In this document: one piece after another, positions 62,381 through 64,000 of the stretch
Position numbering within the stretch: position 1 is the first letter of the stretch
Layout of the letters: each line of letters begins with the position of its first letter
Assembly (NCBI GenBank): GCA_963753595.1
Contig: CAVWCX010000014.1
Location: 1 to 64,000, forward strand
DNA: 64,000 nucleotides
DNA from: Candidatus Methanoperedenaceae archaeon
GTDB lineage: Archaea > Halobacteriota > Methanosarcinia > Methanosarcinales > Methanoperedenaceae
Direction of reading: 5' to 3'
Program-made: the position numbers and the translations under genes
Notes under the pieces: model-generated
The model's database searches: none
What the model saw: the letters and a program-made list of their open reading frames with translations, nothing else
Told to the model about the DNA's origin: nothing

Positions 62381-63799
62381 TTAATGTGGTAAAGTTAATT
62401 TGAATACGTTGATACAATACTTATAAGCAAGATTAAAATCATTTGGATTCCTGATAACATATCCGATATTCTGAATCCACCATTTGGGATTGAGAATTAG
62501 CGCTTGATATGCTTTATCTCGGGCTTTGTCTATCTCCTGTGTAGTTAATTCATCCGTTCTCATTATCGATTTATTCTGATTCATACTTCTGAAATCTATT
62601 TGTTTTGTTATCCACCCTTTTTCCAGAGCAATATCATACAGTTTTGTTCCTGGATAGGGAGATGCAACATTGACCTCACCTCCTGTGGGAAGTGTCTTCT
62701 TGATAAACCGGATTGTTTCTTTAACAGTAGTTTTATTTTCACCTGGTAATCCCATAATAAAACTGCAATAGGCTTTAATTCCTGCATCTTTGACCATTTG
62801 TATTGCTTTAGCTGATTCTTCAACAGATATTCTCTTATTTGACCCACCTATGATCTTTTGACTCCCGGATTCTATACCCATGCTAACTGCTGTGCATCCG
62901 GCCTGCTTCATTTTTTCAAGAAGGGCTTTATCTATAAGATCGACCCTGGAATTACAATACCATTTGATATTCAACTTCTCATCTATGATTCCCCTGGTAA
63001 TCTTTTCAACCCGTTTTTTATCTATAGTGAAGACTTCATCAAAAAACATTATAGTTTTGATATTGTAATTCTGCTTAAGATATCTCAGTTCCTCAAGGAC
63101 GCTCTGGGCTGACCTTGCTTTCCATTTAGTTTGTGCCATTGTACAATAGATACAAGAGTTGGGACAGCCCTTACTTGTATACATTATCGTGAAAGGTTGA
63201 CCGTGTTTAGTGTCCGCATAATAAAACTCAAAGGATTTCAATAAATCATAAGCAGGGATAGGTATGTCGTCATAATTATTTATAGGATCAGAATCCCTGT
63301 TGACTTTGATAAGACCATCAAAACGGTATGCAATCCCGGCCACGCCTGAAAGCTCAGAGCCTGCAGCTAACCTGTCAATAAGATCTGGCGCTACCACCTC
63401 ATATTCATGTCTTATGTAAATATCAAGATATTTTGCCTCATCCAGAACAGTACTGGCAAAATTTCCAAGAGTCCAGCAAATGCCAATTGTGGTGGCATCG
63501 GAGTACTTTTTTGAAATTGATGCAACTTTCATATCCCAGTCAAAAGTTGAAGGAGTGAACTTGATTATGACTGCTTCATAATCCTTCTCAGAAAGCATTT
63601 TTTCAAAATCCTGGTACTTGATATTCTCCCCGTTCGCTTCAATAAGACTAACTTCATGCCCATTTCTTCGTAAAAGAGAAGCAATCTGGAGCAGACTGTA
63701 CGGAGGCAAGACTGAATTCTTTTCAATAATCTCACACCGCTCTTCCCTGATAACTGACATTTTTTTAAATCTTGGTGGGTTCACCAGTAAAACTTTCAT
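62381..63799 (-). CDS. B12-binding radical SAM protein
   Basis: MKVLLVNPP, PPYSLLQIAS, SKGCPNSCIYC, GIESGSQ, PYPGTKLY. Confidence 0.92.
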   Translation of the reverse strand: MKVLLVNPPRFKKMSVIREERCEIIEKNSVLPPYSLLQIASLLRRNGHEVSLIEANGENIKYQDFEKMLSEKDYEAVIIKFTPSTFDWDMKVASISKKYSDATTIGICWTLGNFASTVLDEAKYLDIYIRHEYEVVAPDLIDRLAAGSELSGVAGIAYRFDGLIKVNRDSDPINNYDDIPIPAYDLLKSFEFYYADTKHGQPFTIMYTSKGCPNSCIYCTMAQTKWKARSAQSVLEELRYLKQNYNIKTIMFFDEVFTIDKKRVEKITRGIIDEKLNIKWYCNSRVDLIDKALLEKMKQAGCTAVSMGIESGSQKIIGGSNKRISVEESAKAIQMVKDAGIKAYCSFIMGLPGENKTTVKETIRFIKKTLPTGGEVNVASPYPGTKLYDIALEKGWITKQIDFRSMNQNKSIMRTDELTTQEIDKARDKAYQALILNPKWWIQNIGYVIRNPNDFNLAYKYCINVFKLTLPH

Positions 63800-64000
63800 A
63801 TCGAATCTCCTTTTCCACCATTTTCACAATACCATATGCGTTCGTATAATGGAATGTTCACTCTTTTATTGGTAAATAAAAATAATAAATATTTATATAA
63901 GTTATCTGGTCCTAATATATCTTTCAGGCTTTTATTTTCAATACCAAGACGAAGAGCATGTGATTTGATCATTGTAAAGAAAGCCCTTCGTGCTTGTGTC
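63796..64000 (-). CDS. 3' end of an upstream gene, truncated by window
   Basis: Open frame TQARRAFFTMIKSHALRLG..ERIWYCENGGKGDSI* whose TGA overlaps the ATG at 63799. Confidence 0.55.
   Translation of the reverse strand, partial: TQARRAFFTMIKSHALRLGIENKSLKDILGPDNLYKYLLFLFTNKRVNIPLYERIWYCENGGKGDSI

Overview
Archaeal genomic DNA from a methane-cycling euryarchaeon, most likely Methanosarcinales and probably a Ca. Methanoperedens-like organism. This rests on mch, an A1Ao ATP synthase operon in IKECFABD order, DGGGP synthase, PGF-CTERM surface proteins and a Methanosarcina-type class III RNR. Core genes (atp, hisF/hisB, nadA, nrdH-nrdD, pycBA-birA, map, thiI, mch) are interrupted by two candidate defence islands. 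The first (8.8-12.8 kb) holds a PIN-GNAT-EVE/ASCH fusion, two ASCH proteins and a YhcG nuclease. The second (20.1-25.0 kb) holds a frameshifted SIR2-NTPase-TPR-cold-shock gene and two HicAB pairs separated by copies of an unannotated, structured ~110-bp GC-rich repeat. From ~44 kb to the end lies an AT-rich surface-glycan locus (flippase, GNATs, GT4, B12 radical SAMs, CBM6/beta-helix proteins) with many frameshifts and pseudogenes. Genes missed or truncated by the ORF track include an ArsR-like regulator that appears to start at CTG, its partner that appears to start at ATT, and a 39-aa Zn-finger microprotein. No rRNA, tRNA, CRISPR array or transposase was recognised. All calls come from reading the sequence by eye; no searches were run.
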